The notes below the pieces were generated by a model that did not search any database, had not been told where the DNA came from, and was given only the letters and a program-made list of their open reading frames with translations. From assembly GCA_963717935.1 (NCBI GenBank), contig CAVQXP010000004.1, forward strand, positions 1,312,001 to 1,376,000: 64,000 bases of DNA, written 5' to 3'. This document shows positions 22,999 through 33,836 of this stretch, piece by piece; positions within the stretch are counted from its first letter, which is position 1; each line of letters begins with the position of its first letter. This stretch comes from Candidatus Eiseniibacteriota bacterium. Its GTDB lineage: Bacteria; Eisenbacteria; RBG-16-71-46. The position numbers and the translations under genes are program-made.

Positions 22999-24476
22999 AT
23001 CACGAGATCCTGGATGCGTTGAGCCAGATCACGCGCGAGAAGAGCGTGGACCGGGCGATGCTCATCGAGACGCTCGAGGTCGGCCTCGCGAGCGCGGTCA
23101 GGCGCAAGTACGGCGCGACCGCCGAGGTCGAGGTCAGGTTCTCGAACGAGAGCGGCGCGATCAGCATCGCGCTGCGCAAGACCGTGGTCGAGAGCGTCGA
23201 GGACCCCGCGCTCCAGCTCACCGTCGAAGAGGCGCGCGTCTTCCCGCAGGGCCGGAGCGCCCGCCCCGGCGACGTGCTGACGTTCCCGCTCAGGATCGAG
23301 GAGTTCGGCCGGAACGCCATCCAGACCGCCAAGCAGGTGCTCATCCAGCGGGTGCGCGAGGCCGAGCGCGAGCGCGTGTTCAGGGAGTACTCGGACAAGA
23401 TCGGCGTGCTGGTGCGTGGCGTGGTCCAGCAGGTGGATCGCGGCAACGTGATCGTGAAGCTCGACCATTCCGAGGGTTTCCTGCCGGCGCGCGAGCAGAT
23501 CCCGCGCTCCTACCACCGCCAGGGCGACTACGTCCGCGCCGTGGTCATCAACGTGGACAAGTCCGCGAAGGGCCCGCAGGTCATCCTGTCGCGCACCCAC
23601 CCGGACTTCCTGCGCCGGCTGTTCGAGGCCGAGGTCCCGGAGATCGCCGAGTGCATCGTGGAGATCAAGGCCGTGGCCCGCGAGGCTGGCGCGCGCTCGA
23701 AGATCTCGGTCTACTCGACCGACCCGCGCGTGGACGCGGTGGGCTCGTGCGTGGGCATGAAGGGCTCGCGCGTACAGAGCATCGTGCGCGAGCTGGGCGG
23801 CGAGCGCATCGACATCGTGCCCTGGTCGCAGGACCCGACCGTGTTCGTCTCCCGCGCCCTCTCGCCCGCACGCGTGATGGACGTGCGGGTGGTCGAGGCC
23901 GAGAAGCGCATGGTGGTGATCGTCGCGGACGACCAGCTGTCGCTGGCCATCGGCAAGGGTGGCCAGAACGCCCGCCTGGCCGCGCGGCTGACGGGCTGGA
24001 AGATCGACCTGGTCGCCAAGAGCGAGGAGAAGAAGCGCCAGGACCTGGAGCGGGCGAGCCGCGTCGAGGTCGAGAAACTCTCGCTCGGCGAGGCCACGAC
24101 GCAGAAGCTCATCTCCGCCGGCATCGAGACCGTGCAGGAGCTGGTGAACGCCCCGATCGAGAAGCTGACGGAGATCCCGGGCATCGGCGAGAAGACCGCG
24201 GAGAAGTTGCTGACAGCGGCCCAGGAGTACCTGGCGGCTCACCCGCCGGTGCCGCTCGAGGCGGTGCCCGGCGAGCTGGAGTTCACGCCGGAGATGGAGG
24301 CCACCCCCGAGGTCGCTACGGCCGAACCGAGTACGCCCCAGGAGACGCTGGACGCTCCGGACCCGGCACCTGCCGAGAGTGGAACGAGCGTGGACACGCC
24401 GGATCCGGGCACCCCGGGCGACGCCCCGGCCGGTGGCCCGGCGACCCCGGACGAGGGAGGGGACCGTGTCGACTAG
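22995..24476 (+). CDS. nusA: Transcription termination factor NusA
   Basis: FGRNAIQTAKQV, AREAGARSK, CVGMKGSRV, LAIGKGGQNARLA, HhH tail. Confidence 0.97.
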   Translation: MNHEILDALSQITREKSVDRAMLIETLEVGLASAVRRKYGATAEVEVRFSNESGAISIALRKTVVESVEDPALQLTVEEARVFPQGRSARPGDVLTFPLRIEEFGRNAIQTAKQVLIQRVREAERERVFREYSDKIGVLVRGVVQQVDRGNVIVKLDHSEGFLPAREQIPRSYHRQGDYVRAVVINVDKSAKGPQVILSRTHPDFLRRLFEAEVPEIAECIVEIKAVAREAGARSKISVYSTDPRVDAVGSCVGMKGSRVQSIVRELGGERIDIVPWSQDPTVFVSRALSPARVMDVRVVEAEKRMVVIVADDQLSLAIGKGGQNARLAARLTGWKIDLVAKSEEKKRQDLERASRVEVEKLSLGEATTQKLISAGIETVQELVNAPIEKLTEIPGIGEKTAEKLLTAAQEYLAAHPPVPLEAVPGELEFTPEMEATPEVATAEPSTPQETLDAPDPAPAESGTSVDTPDPGTPGDAPAGGPATPDEGGDRVD

Positions 24477-26901
24477 CCAGGGGCCGAAGAAGCTGCGCGT
24501 CTACGAGGTCGCGCGCGACCTCGACATGTCGAGCGAAGCCGTGCTGCAGATCGTGCGACGGCTCGGCGTCGAGGTGAAGAACCACATGAGCACGCTGGTA
24601 CCCGAGACCGTCCAGCAGGTGCGGGCCGAGATCGGGAAGGAGAAGACCGCCGTCAAGGAGGAGTTGCACCGCCAGCACGAGCAGGAGGTGCAGCGGGCCC
24701 GTGAGGAGCGCGCCCGCGCCGCCGCGGCTGCGGCGCCTGCCGCGCGCGCGGGTGCGCCAGCTCCGCCGGCCCGGGCCGGTGCCCGGCCGGGCGCGTATCC
24801 GGCGAGCCCGCCGCGGCCCGGTGCGCATCCCGCGAGCCCGCCGCGGCCCGGCGCACGTCCCGCGAGCCCCCCGCGGTCGGGCGCGTATCCGGCGAGCCCG
24901 CCGCGGCCGGGTACGTATCCGGCGAGCCCGCCGCGGCCCGGCGCCCCGTCCCGTCCTGGCGCGCCTTCGACCGCGGGCCGCTCCCAACCGCACGGGTTCC
25001 GCCGCCGCGACCGCAAGAAGAAGAAGACCGTGGACGAGAAGCTCGTGGCGGAGAGCGTCCGCAAGACCCTTGCGAGCCTCGACCAGAGTCAGCGTCGCCG
25101 GCACCACCATCGCGATGAGGAAGGTGGCGAAGCCGCGACCGAGGCGGCAAAGCTCATCCGGGCCGCCGAGTTCATCACCGTGGCCGAGCTGGCGAACCTC
25201 CTCGAGGTGCGTCCCCAGGAGGTCATCACCACCTGCATGGGGCTCGGCCTCATGGCCACCATGAACAAGCGGCTCGACAAGGACTCCATCCAGGCCATCG
25301 CGGACGAGTTCGGTTTCGGCGTCGAGTTCGTCTCCGAGTACGCGGAGGAAGTGGAGACCGAGACCGAGGAGGCCGTCGAGGGGCGCCTGGCCTCGCGGCC
25401 GCCCGTGGTGACCGTGATGGGTCACGTGGACCACGGCAAGACCTCGCTGCTCGACCACATCCGCAAGACCAACGTCATCGCCGGCGAGGCCGGTGGCATC
25501 ACCCAGCACATCGGCGCCTACGAGGTGAAGGTGGCGGGCGGCAAGGACATCACGTTCCTCGACACGCCCGGCCACGAGGCCTTCACCGCCATGCGCGCTC
25601 GCGGCGCCCAGGTCACGGACCTGGTCGTGCTGGTGGTGGCGGCCGACGACCGCGTCATGCCTCAGACCATCGAGGCCATCGACCACGCCAAGGCTGCCGG
25701 CGTGCCGATCGTCGTCGCCATCAACAAGATCGACCTGCCGGGGGCCCGGCCCGACCTCGTGAAGCAGGAACTGGCCGCCCGCGGAGTGGTGGTCGAGGAG
25801 TACGGCGGGAAGACCGTGGCGGTCGAGGTCTCGGCCAAGAAGGGCATCAACGTCGACAAGCTCCTCGAGATGATCGTGCTCGAGTCCGACCTGCTGGACC
25901 TCAAGGCCGATCCCACGCGCCGCGCCAAGGGCGCGGTGCTGGAGGCGCGGGTCGAGCAGGGCCGTGGCATCGTGGCGAGCGTGCTGGTGGATTCGGGCAC
26001 GCTGCGCGTCGGCGACGCGTTCGTGGCCGGCCAGCACTGGGGCCGCGTGCGGGCGATGTTCGACGAGCGCGGCCGCACGGTGAAGGCGGCGGGGCCTTCG
26101 ACGCCCGTCGAGGTGCTCGGCTGGAACGGTACGCCGGGCGCGGGCGACATCTTCACGGCCTTCGACGACGAGCGAGAGGCGCGTGACCTGGCGAACAAGC
26201 GCCAGGCGCTGCACCGCGAGCACGAGTTCCGCGCCGCCACGAAGATCCGGCTCACCGACTTCCACGCGCGCATGGCCCAGGGCGAGACGTCCGAGCTCAA
26301 GATGATCATCAAGGGCGACGTGGACGGCTCGGTCGAGGCGCTCTCGGAGTCGCTCGCCAAGCTCAGCACCGCCGAGGTGCAGGTGCGCGTCATCCGCCAG
26401 GCGGTGGGGCAGATCTCGGAGTCGGACGTGCTGCTGGCGGCGGCCTCCGATGCCATCATCCTGGGATTCCACACGCGGCCCGACCCCAAGGCGCGCGAGC
26501 TGGCCGAGCGCGAGAAGGTCGAGATCCGCTTCTACGACATCATCTACAAGGCCGTGGAAGAGGTGCGGTCGGCGCTCGAGGGCCTGCTCAAGCCCGAGCT
26601 CAAGGACGTCATCATCGGATCGGCCGAGGCCCGCCAGGTGTTCCGGCTCTCGAAGGCGGGCACGGTCGCCGGCTGCATGGTCACCTCGGGCACCATCCCG
26701 CGCACGGGCAAGGTGCGGCTGTTGCGCGCCGGCGCCGTGGAATGGACCGGCCGCATCGCCGCGCTCAAGCGCTTCAAGGACGACGTCCGCGAGGTCGCGA
26801 GCGGCTTCGAGTGCGGCATCACCCTCGAGGGGCGCGACGACATCAAGGTCGGCGACGTCATCGAGGCGTTCAACATCGAGGAGCTGGCCCGGACGCTGTA
26901 G
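24466..26901 (+). CDS. infB: Translation initiation factor IF-2
   Basis: [43 protein letters not shown]...ECGI. Confidence 0.98.
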   Translation: MSTSQGPKKLRVYEVARDLDMSSEAVLQIVRRLGVEVKNHMSTLVPETVQQVRAEIGKEKTAVKEELHRQHEQEVQRAREERARAAAAAAPAARAGAPAPPARAGARPGAYPASPPRPGAHPASPPRPGARPASPPRSGAYPASPPRPGTYPASPPRPGAPSRPGAPSTAGRSQPHGFRRRDRKKKKTVDEKLVAESVRKTLASLDQSQRRRHHHRDEEGGEAATEAAKLIRAAEFITVAELANLLEVRPQEVITTCMGLGLMATMNKRLDKDSIQAIADEFGFGVEFVSEYAEEVETETEEAVEGRLASRPPVVTVMGHVDHGKTSLLDHIRKTNVIAGEAGGITQHIGAYEVKVAGGKDITFLDTPGHEAFTAMRARGAQVTDLVVLVVAADDRVMPQTIEAIDHAKAAGVPIVVAINKIDLPGARPDLVKQELAARGVVVEEYGGKTVAVEVSAKKGINVDKLLEMIVLESDLLDLKADPTRRAKGAVLEARVEQGRGIVASVLVDSGTLRVGDAFVAGQHWGRVRAMFDERGRTVKAAGPSTPVEVLGWNGTPGAGDIFTAFDDEREARDLANKRQALHREHEFRAATKIRLTDFHARMAQGETSELKMIIKGDVDGSVEALSESLAKLSTAEVQVRVIRQAVGQISESDVLLAAASDAIILGFHTRPDPKARELAEREKVEIRFYDIIYKAVEEVRSALEGLLKPELKDVIIGSAEARQVFRLSKAGTVAGCMVTSGTIPRTGKVRLLRAGAVEWTGRIAALKRFKDDVREVASGFECGITLEGRDDIKVGDVIEAFNIEELARTL
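24784..24944 (+). repeat. 30-bp tandem repeat (5 copies plus partial) inside infB encoding [10 protein letters not shown]
   Basis: Unit approximately CGGCCGGGCGCGTATCCGGCGAGCCCGCCG repeated with period 30. Confidence 0.85.
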
Positions 26902-26931
26902 TCCAGGCCGCGCTTCCCCGGGCGGCTCGCC

Positions 26932-27213
26932 ATGTTCGTCGGTGTCGTGCGCATCGAGCTGCATCTGCCCGGCGCCTCGTCGCTCAAGGACAAGCGCGCG
27001 GTGGTGCGCAGCCTGAAGGAGCGCATCCGCCAGCGCGTGCGGGCCGCGGTCGCCGAGGTGGACCACCAGGATCTCTGGCAGCGCGCCGCGCTCGGTGTGG
27101 CGGTGGTCTCGGGGGAGCGGCGCCAGGTCGGGGAATTGCTGCAGTCGGTGCGCCAGCTTGCCGACGGCACACCCGGCGCCGAGGTCATCGACTGGCAGGA
27201 GACGCTGCTGTGA
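26932..27213 (+). CDS. DUF503 (YlxP-like) protein
   Basis: SLKDKRAVVRSL, AEVDHQDLWQRA; canonical position after infB. Confidence 0.9.
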   Translation: MFVGVVRIELHLPGASSLKDKRAVVRSLKERIRQRVRAAVAEVDHQDLWQRAALGVAVVSGERRQVGELLQSVRQLADGTPGAEVIDWQETLL

Positions 27214-27587
27214 GGATCCGTCCGGAACGCGTGGCCGAGCTCATGAAGCGGGAGATCGCGGGCATCCTCGCCCGCGACCTGCGCGACCCGCGAGTCTCGA
27301 CCATGGTGAGCGTCACCGAAGTCGAGGTGAGCCACGACCTGTCCTTCGCGCGCGTCTTCGTGAGCCTGCTCGCGGACGGTGAGGAGCGCGAGCGCACGCT
27401 CGCGGCGCTCCAGCGCGCGGCGGGCTTCGTCCGTCACCAGCTCGCCCCGCGCCTCGGCCTGCGCGAGGTCCCTGGCCTGCGTTTCGTGCACGACGCCTCC
27501 ATCGAGCGCGGCGCGCGCGTCGAGGAGATCCTCAAGAAGCTCGAGCGTGGCGAACCGGTTGGGGACGAGGGGGAAGGGGAGGCGTGA
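27210..27587 (+). CDS. rbfA: Ribosome-binding factor A
   Basis: RPERVAELMKREIA, DPRV, DLSFARVFVS, VPGLRFVHDASIERG. Confidence 0.95.
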   Translation: MRIRPERVAELMKREIAGILARDLRDPRVSTMVSVTEVEVSHDLSFARVFVSLLADGEERERTLAALQRAAGFVRHQLAPRLGLREVPGLRFVHDASIERGARVEEILKKLERGEPVGDEGEGEA

Positions 27588-28573
27588 CCGCGCCGCCCGC
27601 CGGGAGCGGCCCCGCCGTGCCCGGGGAGCCGCGGGAGACGTGGTCGGGTCTCCTGCGGGTGGACAAGCCCACGGGCGTCACCTCGCACGACGTCGTGGAC
27701 CTCGTGCGGCGCCGTCTCCGGGTGAAGAGCGCGGGGCACCTCGGCACGCTCGATCCGGGTGCGAGCGGGCTGCTCGTCCTGGTCCTCGGCGCGGCCACGC
27801 GCTGTGCGCAGGTCTGGCAGACGGGCCTGAAGACCTACGAGGCGACCGTGCGCTTCGGCGTCGTCACCAGCACGCAGGACCTGCAGGGCGAGGTGCTGGA
27901 GCGGCGCGAGGTGATGCTCGACGAGTGGCAGGTGCGCGAGGCGGCGGCCGCGTTCGACGGGCGAGATCGAGCAGGTGCCTCCCATGGTCTCGGCGCTCAA
28001 GGTGAGCGGTCAGCGCCTGCACCGGCTGGCGCGGCGCGGCGAGGTGGTCGAGCGCGGTCCGCGGCGCGTCACGGTCCACTCCTGGGAGTGGACCGGCTTC
28101 GCGCTGCCCGAAGCGAGCTTCCGCGTGGTCGTCTCGGGGGGCACCTACGTCCGCACGCTGGCGCACGACCTCGGCGAGCGCCTTGGCCCCGGGGGCGCCC
28201 TGAAGAGCCTGCGGCGGCTGCGCAGCGAGCCCTTCGGCCTCGAGGGCGCCGTCGGGCTGCGCGACCTCGATTCGTCCACGCCGGCAGAGGTGCTCGCGCG
28301 CGCGGGTGTGCCGCTGGCCGAAGCGCTGCGCGTGCTGCCGACCGTGGCCCTGGATGCGGCGGGGGCTGCGGAGTTGGGTTTCGGCCGCCGGCCCACCGTG
28401 GAGCCGGGGACAGCGCCCCTGCGCGCGGGCCCGCGCTCCGTGGTCTTCTGCGGCCCCGGAGGGGAACCGCTCGCCCTCGGCGAGCTCGAGCCAGCCCCCG
28501 CGCGGCCCGGCGCTGGCGCTGGCCTGTCCCGCACGTGGTCTTTCCCTGGGCCGTGCGGCAGGGCCGGCCGTGA
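27584..28573 (+). CDS. truB: tRNA pseudouridine-55 synthase (frameshifts ~27960 and ~28520)
   Basis: DKPTGVTSHDVV, GHLGTLDPGASG, PPMVSALK, SGGTYVRTLAHDLG. Confidence 0.93.
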   Translation: MTAPPAGSGPAVPGEPRETWSGLLRVDKPTGVTSHDVVDLVRRRLRVKSAGHLGTLDPGASGLLVLVLGAATRCAQVWQTGLKTYEATVRFGVVTSTQDLQGEVLERREVMLDEWQVREAAAAFDGRDRAGASHGLGAQGERSAPAPAGAARRGGRARSAARHGPLLGVDRLRAARSELPRGRLGGHLRPHAGARPRRAPWPRGRPEEPAAAAQRALRPRGRRRAARPRFVHAGRGARARGCAAGRSAARAADRGPGCGGGCGVGFRPPAHRGAGDSAPARGPALRGLLRPRRGTARPRRARASPRAARRWRWPVPHVVFPWAVRQGRP

Positions 28574-29502
28574 CGGCCCCACCGCGGGGCGCCGCCGTGA
28601 GCGTCGGCGTCTTCGACGGAGTGCATCTCGGGCACCAGGGGATCCTCCAGGCCGCGCTCGACCGCGCGACCCGCGCGCCGCACGGGTGCCCCGGCGGCCG
28701 CTGTGCCGTGGTCTCCTTCGACCCGCACCCCGACCTCGTCCTCGCTCGTTCCTTCCGCGCCCCGGCACCGCTCACTCCGCTGCCCGAGCGACGCGAGCGC
28801 ATCGCCGCGCTCGGCATCCGCGAGCTGGAGGTGATCCCTTTCACGCGCGAACTGGCCGCGCTCGAGCCCGAGGAGTTCGTCGCTCGCCACCTGGTGGGGC
28901 CGTACCATCTGCACACCCTGGTGGTGGGCGAGGGCTTCGCGCTCGGCCGTGGGCGCGGTGGTGACGTGCCGCGCCTGCGCGCGATCGGCGCGCGCGAGGG
29001 CTTCGAGGTGGTCGCGGTGCCGCTGCTCGAGCTGGACGGCGCCCCGGTGAGCAGCACCCGTGTCCGCGCGCTGCTCGCGACCGGGCGTGTGGTCGAGGCG
29101 GCCCGCCTGCTCGGGCGCTGCTACGACCTGCGCGGACGCGTGGTGCGTGGCGAGGCCGTCGGGCGCACGCTCGGTTACCCGACCGCGAACCTGCGGCTGC
29201 ACGAGGAGAAGTTCGTGCCGGGCGACGGGGTCTACGCCGCGCGGGCGCGCATCGGGGACGCGCCCGCATGGCGTCCGGCCGCGATGAGCATCGGCGTGCG
29301 CGCCACCTTCGACGGCCAGACCCGCGCCCTCGAGGTGCACCTGCTCGACTGGGACGGCGATCTTCTGGGTCTCGACCTCGAGGTCGAGCTGGTGGACTGG
29401 ATCCGCGCGCAGGAGCGCTTCGAGAGCCGGGAGGCGCTGGTCGCGGCGATGGGCCGGGACGTGGACGAGGCGCGGCGGCGGCTCGAGACTGCCTCCGGGT
29501 GA
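28570..29502 (+). CDS. ribF: Bifunctional riboflavin kinase/FAD synthetase
   Basis: GVFDGVHLGHQ, VSSTRVR, GRTLGYPTANL, LEVHLLD. Confidence 0.95.
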   Translation: MTAPPRGAAVSVGVFDGVHLGHQGILQAALDRATRAPHGCPGGRCAVVSFDPHPDLVLARSFRAPAPLTPLPERRERIAALGIRELEVIPFTRELAALEPEEFVARHLVGPYHLHTLVVGEGFALGRGRGGDVPRLRAIGAREGFEVVAVPLLELDGAPVSSTRVRALLATGRVVEAARLLGRCYDLRGRVVRGEAVGRTLGYPTANLRLHEEKFVPGDGVYAARARIGDAPAWRPAAMSIGVRATFDGQTRALEVHLLDWDGDLLGLDLEVELVDWIRAQERFESREALVAAMGRDVDEARRRLETASG

Positions 29503-29660
29503 GCATCGCCGGGACGGGCCAGGACCGAGCGCACGGTGCCTCTGCTCGGCCCTGGCCCGTCTCGGCGATGCGGCCGCAAGGCGATGCGACAGGAGGGGCT
29601 GGAGTGGTCAGGACCGAGCGCATGGTGCCTCTGCTCGGTGCTGACCACTCCAGCCCCTCC
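29503..29660. repeat. Two 69-nt long hairpins sharing a 30-nt apical core but with different outer arms
   Basis: Hairpins at 29503-29571 and 29592-29660. Core CAGGACCGAGCGCAYGGTGCCTCTGCTCGG at 29520-29549 and 29609-29638. Confidence 0.85.
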
Positions 29661-29709
29661 GCCCAAGAGGTGCCGGATCCGGCCCCCGTCGGGGCTCCCG
29701 GCCCGGTCT

Positions 29710-29847
29710 TTGCCAAGGGCCCGCCCGGGTGGTAGTTTCACCCGTCCGCCCCCGGCAGGGGGGCGGCTCTCCAACGCTCGGCCATGCGGGAGCTTGAACC
29801 CGATGGTCTGGGCCATCCACTTCCTTCGCAGGCGGGAGGAGTTCGCC
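29710..29847 (+). promoter_or_regulatory. rpsO promoter and putative S15 autoregulatory leader
   Basis: TTGCCA-17-TAGTTT (29710-29738); leader stem GGCCAT-G-CGGG...CCCG-ATGGTC ahead of a GGAGGAG RBS. Confidence 0.45.
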
Positions 29848-30117
29848 GTGACGCTCTCCAAGGATCAGAAGCAGGGGATCATCGGCAAGTTCAAGCTTCA
29901 TGAAGGCGACTCGGGCTCGCCCGAGGTGCAGATCGCGCTGCTCACCGAGAAGATCCACTACCTCACCGAGCACTTCAAGATCCACAAGCGCGATCACGCG
30001 TCCCGCCGCGGCTTGCTCCGCATGGTGGGCCAGCGGCGCCGGCTGCTGGATTACCTCAAGGCCACCAAGGTGGACCGCTATCGCAAGGTCGTGAAGGATC
30101 TGGGTCTGCGCCGTTAG
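29848..30117 (+). CDS. rpsO: 30S ribosomal protein S15
   Basis: [43 protein letters not shown]. Confidence 0.98.
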   Translation: MTLSKDQKQGIIGKFKLHEGDSGSPEVQIALLTEKIHYLTEHFKIHKRDHASRRGLLRMVGQRRRLLDYLKATKVDRYRKVVKDLGLRR

Positions 30118-30275
30118 CCGGGCCCGATGCGGGAAGTGCCCGATCGACGCGGTGCTTCCCTTCGTGCGGGGGAACCGTTCCCCCGACCGCGCCCCCGTTG
30201 GACCGCTTCCCCGGGGAGCGCTCGTTGGACCCTGGCGGGTGCCCGGGTCGCAAGGCGAGAGGACAGGACTGGTTG

Positions 30276-32463
30276 ATGGAAGAACGGAAGGTAGAGGTGC
30301 AGCTGGGGGAGCAGACGCTCTCCATTCGCACCGGCAAGTGGGCCAAGCTGGCGGGCGGGTCCGCCGTGGTCCAGCTGGGTGGCACGGTCGTGCTGGTGGC
30401 GGCGAGTGCCGCCAAGTCGGCGAGCCCCGATCGCGACTTCGTTCCCCTCACGGTGGACTACCGCGAGCGCACGTACGCGGCGGGCCGGATCCCGGGCGGG
30501 TTCTTCAAGCGTGAAGGCCGCCCCACCGAGAAGGAAGTGCTGTCGTCGCGGCTGATCGACCGGCCGGTGCGGCCGCTCTTCAACAAGGCGTTCCCCTTCG
30601 AGACGCAGATCATGGCCACCGTGGTGTCCTCCGACCAGGAGAACGACGCCGACGTGCTGGCCCTGGTCGGGGCGTCCACCGCGATGTGCCTCTCCGACAT
30701 CCCGTTCCCCGAGCCCTTCGCCGGCGTGCGGGTGGGTCGCGTGGCAGGGGCCTTCGTCGTGAACCCCACCACGGCCCAGCTCGAAGAGAGCGACATGGAC
30801 ATGGTGGTGGCGGGCACGGCGGACAACATCATCATGGCCGAGGGCGGCACGCGCGAGGTGGCCGAGGCGGACCTGCTCGCGGCGCTCCAGTTCGCGATGG
30901 AGCACATCCGGCCGATCGTCGCCGCGCAGCGCGAGCTCATGGCCTGCTGCGGCAAGGCCAAGCGGCCGCTGGTGACCCCGCCCGACACCGCGGAGCTCCG
31001 CTCGGCGCTCGAGCAGGGCTACCGCGAGCGCCTGCGCCAGGCGATCCGCATCCCCGGCAAGGAACCGCGCCAGGAGGAGGTGGACCGCATCAAGACCGAC
31101 GCGGTCGCCGCCCTCAAGGAGCGCTTCGCCGCGCAGGAGCTGTACATCGGCCGCATCCTGCACGACATCGAGCGCGACGAGCTGCGCGAGATGGTGCTCG
31201 GCGAGGGCGTGCGCGCCGACGGTCGCGGCGTGAACGACATCCGCAAGGTGACGGTCGAGGTGGGCGTGCTGCCGCGCACCCACGGCTCGTGCCTCTTCAC
31301 CCGCGGCGAGACCCAGGCGCTGGCGGTGTGCACGCTCGGCACCAAGCAGGACGAGCAGCGCATCGAGGAGCTGGAAGGGCAGTCGTGGAAGAGCTACATG
31401 CTCCACTACAACTTCCCGCCCTACAGCGTGGGCGAGGTGCGTCCCATCCGCGGCCCGGGCCGGCGCGAGATCGGGCACGGAGCGCTGGCCGAGCGGGCCA
31501 TCGAGCCGATGATCCCGTCGGACACTTCCTTCCCCTACACGATCCGCCTGGTGAGCGACATCCTGGAGTCCAACGGCTCGTCCTCGATGGCGACCGTGTG
31601 TGGCAGTTCGATGGCCCTCATGGACGCTGGCGTGCCGGTCAAGGCGCCGGTGGCCGGGATCGCCATGGGGCTCGTCAAGGAGGGGGACCGCGTCGCGGTG
31701 TTGACCGACATCCTGGGCGTCGAGGACCACCTCGGCGACATGGACTTCAAGGTCACCGGGACGCGCGACGGGCGTGACCGCCTTCCAGATGGACACCAAG
31801 ATCGGCGGGATCTCCTTCGACGTCCTGCGGGACGCCATGGACTGCGCGCGCCGCGGGCGCGTGCACATCCTCGACATCATGGCGACCGCGCTCAGCGAGC
31901 CGCGCGCCGAGATGTCGCCGTTCGCGCCGCGCATCACGATCATCAACATCCCGCCCGACAAGATCCGCGAGGTCATCGGGCCGGGTGGCAAGATCATCAA
32001 GAAGATCACCGAGGAGACCGGAGCGCAGATCGACATCGAGGACAGCGGCGAGGTGCGGATCGCGGCCATCAGCGGCGAGTCCGGCCGCCGGGCCGAGGAG
32101 TTCATCCGCAACATCATCGAGGATCCCGAGGTCGGCCGGGTCTACCAGGGCAAGGTGCGCAGCATCGTCACCTTCGGCGCATTCGTCGAGATCGTGCCGG
32201 GGCGCGACGGGCTGCTGCACATCTCGGAGATCGACTACCATCGCGTGGCGCGCACCGAGGACGTCCTCAACCTGGGCGACATCGTGATGGTGAAGGTCAT
32301 CGGCGTGGACCGCGACGGCAAGATCAAGCTTTCGCGCAAGGCGCTGCTGCCGGAGCCTCCGGGATACGTCGCGCCGCCGCCGCGTGAAGGTGGCGACCGG
32401 GACCGTGGGCACGATCGGGACCGCGGCCGGGACCGCGACCGGGGCCGCGGACCGCGTCGCTAG
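30276..32463 (+). CDS. pnp: Polyribonucleotide nucleotidyltransferase (frameshift ~31770)
   Basis: AGRIPGGFFKREG, FTRGETQ, RREIGHG, ESNGSSSMA, EDHLGDMDFKV, KH and S1 domains, Asp/Arg-rich tail. Confidence 0.97.
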
Positions 32464-32549
32464 CTGCAGGCAGTCACAGGCTGTGCCGGGTGGCAGGGTG
32501 ACCTGCCACTCGGCGTTTGGGGATGGATCGCAGCCCCCGGGGACGAGCG

Positions 32550-33836
32550 ATGGACACTGACCTCTACCGCAAGACCGTCCTGCCCTCGGGGCTCACCCTG
32601 CTCACCGAGCGCATCCCCGACCGGCGCTCGCTCGCGCTGGGCGTGTGGGTGCGCAACGGCGCGCGCGACGAGCCGGGCGAACTGCTCGGCATCTCGCACT
32701 TCATCGAGCACATGATGTTCAAGGGCACCGAGCGCCGCGACGCCCGTGCCATCGCGGCGAGCCTCGAGTCGCTGGGCGGCCACCTGGATGCATTCACCGC
32801 CCGCGAGGAGGTCTGCTACTACGCCCGGGCGCTGGCCGAGCACCTGCCCGAAGTCGCGGACGTGCTGGCCGACATCGTCTGCCGCTCGAGCTTCGCGACC
32901 GCCGACGTGGAGCGCGAGAAGTCGGTGGTGCGCGAGGAGATCGCCTCGGTCGAGGACAACCCCGAGGACAAGGTCACCGAGATGCTGGCTGGGCAGGTCT
33001 GGCCCGGGCATTCGCTCGGCCGGCCCATCCTGGGCACGGCGGACACGGTGGGCCGTCTCGACAGCGCCTGCCTGCGGGGCTACTTCCGCAGCCGCTACCG
33101 CTCCGAGGACCTGGTGATCGCGGCCGCGGGCGCGGTCGAGCACGAGCGCGTGGCCGAGGTCGTCGCTGCGCACTTCGCTCCGCCCGACGGACCGGCCCTG
33201 CCGCTCTCCGGCGCGCCCGCAGGCTTCGTCCCGGGCGTGGAGCACGAGACGCGAGAGGACCTGCACCAGCTCTACCTCGCGCTCGGCACGCGAGGCCTGG
33301 GCTACAACGACTCCGACCGCTACGCGCTGATCGTGCTCAACACGCTGCTGGGCGGCGGGATGAGTTCGCGGCTCTTTCAGAGCGTGCGCGAGGAGGCGGG
33401 GCTCGCCTACTCCGTGTTCTCTGCGGCGGACTTCCACCGTGAGACCGGGCTGGTCTCGATCCAGCTCGGTGTGGCGCCCGACCGCGGTCGCGAGGCGCTC
33501 GAGCGGGTGCGCCATGAACTCGAGAAGCTGGTGCGGGACGGGCCGTCGCAGGAGGAGGTCGCCGCGGCGCGCTTCCAGATCAAGGGGAGCGTGGTCATGG
33601 GGCAGGAGAGCGTCTCGAGCCGCATGGTCCACGTCGCCCACGAGGAGATCTACCGGGGCGCCTACACGTCGCCCGACGAACAGCTCGAGCGCGTCCTCGC
33701 CGTGACCCGCGACCAGGTCGTGGAGCTGGCGCGGCGCGTGCTGCCCCCCGGCCGCTTCGCGCTGAGCGCGATCGGTCCGGCGACCGGCCAGCAGCTCGAC
33801 GAGCGGGACTGGCCGGTGGAGACGGACCCGGCCTAG
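32550..33836 (+). CDS. M16 (pitrilysin-family) zinc peptidase
   Basis: HFIEHMMFKGT (HxxEH) and LGGGMSSRLFQSVRE; usual neighbour of pnp. Confidence 0.92.
   Translation: MDTDLYRKTVLPSGLTLLTERIPDRRSLALGVWVRNGARDEPGELLGISHFIEHMMFKGTERRDARAIAASLESLGGHLDAFTAREEVCYYARALAEHLPEVADVLADIVCRSSFATADVEREKSVVREEIASVEDNPEDKVTEMLAGQVWPGHSLGRPILGTADTVGRLDSACLRGYFRSRYRSEDLVIAAAGAVEHERVAEVVAAHFAPPDGPALPLSGAPAGFVPGVEHETREDLHQLYLALGTRGLGYNDSDRYALIVLNTLLGGGMSSRLFQSVREEAGLAYSVFSAADFHRETGLVSIQLGVAPDRGREALERVRHELEKLVRDGPSQEEVAAARFQIKGSVVMGQESVSSRMVHVAHEEIYRGAYTSPDEQLERVLAVTRDQVVELARRVLPPGRFALSAIGPATGQQLDERDWPVETDPA

Noticed and set aside
29503..29660. Mini CRISPR array or integron attC sites
   Set aside because: Only two units, the variable parts are self-complementary arms rather than spacers, and there are no cas or intI genes or RYYYAAC/GTTRRRY ends.
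32390..32460. GACCGG/GACCGC-type short repeats at the end of pnp
   Set aside because: They encode the low-complexity DRDRG tail common in PNPases.
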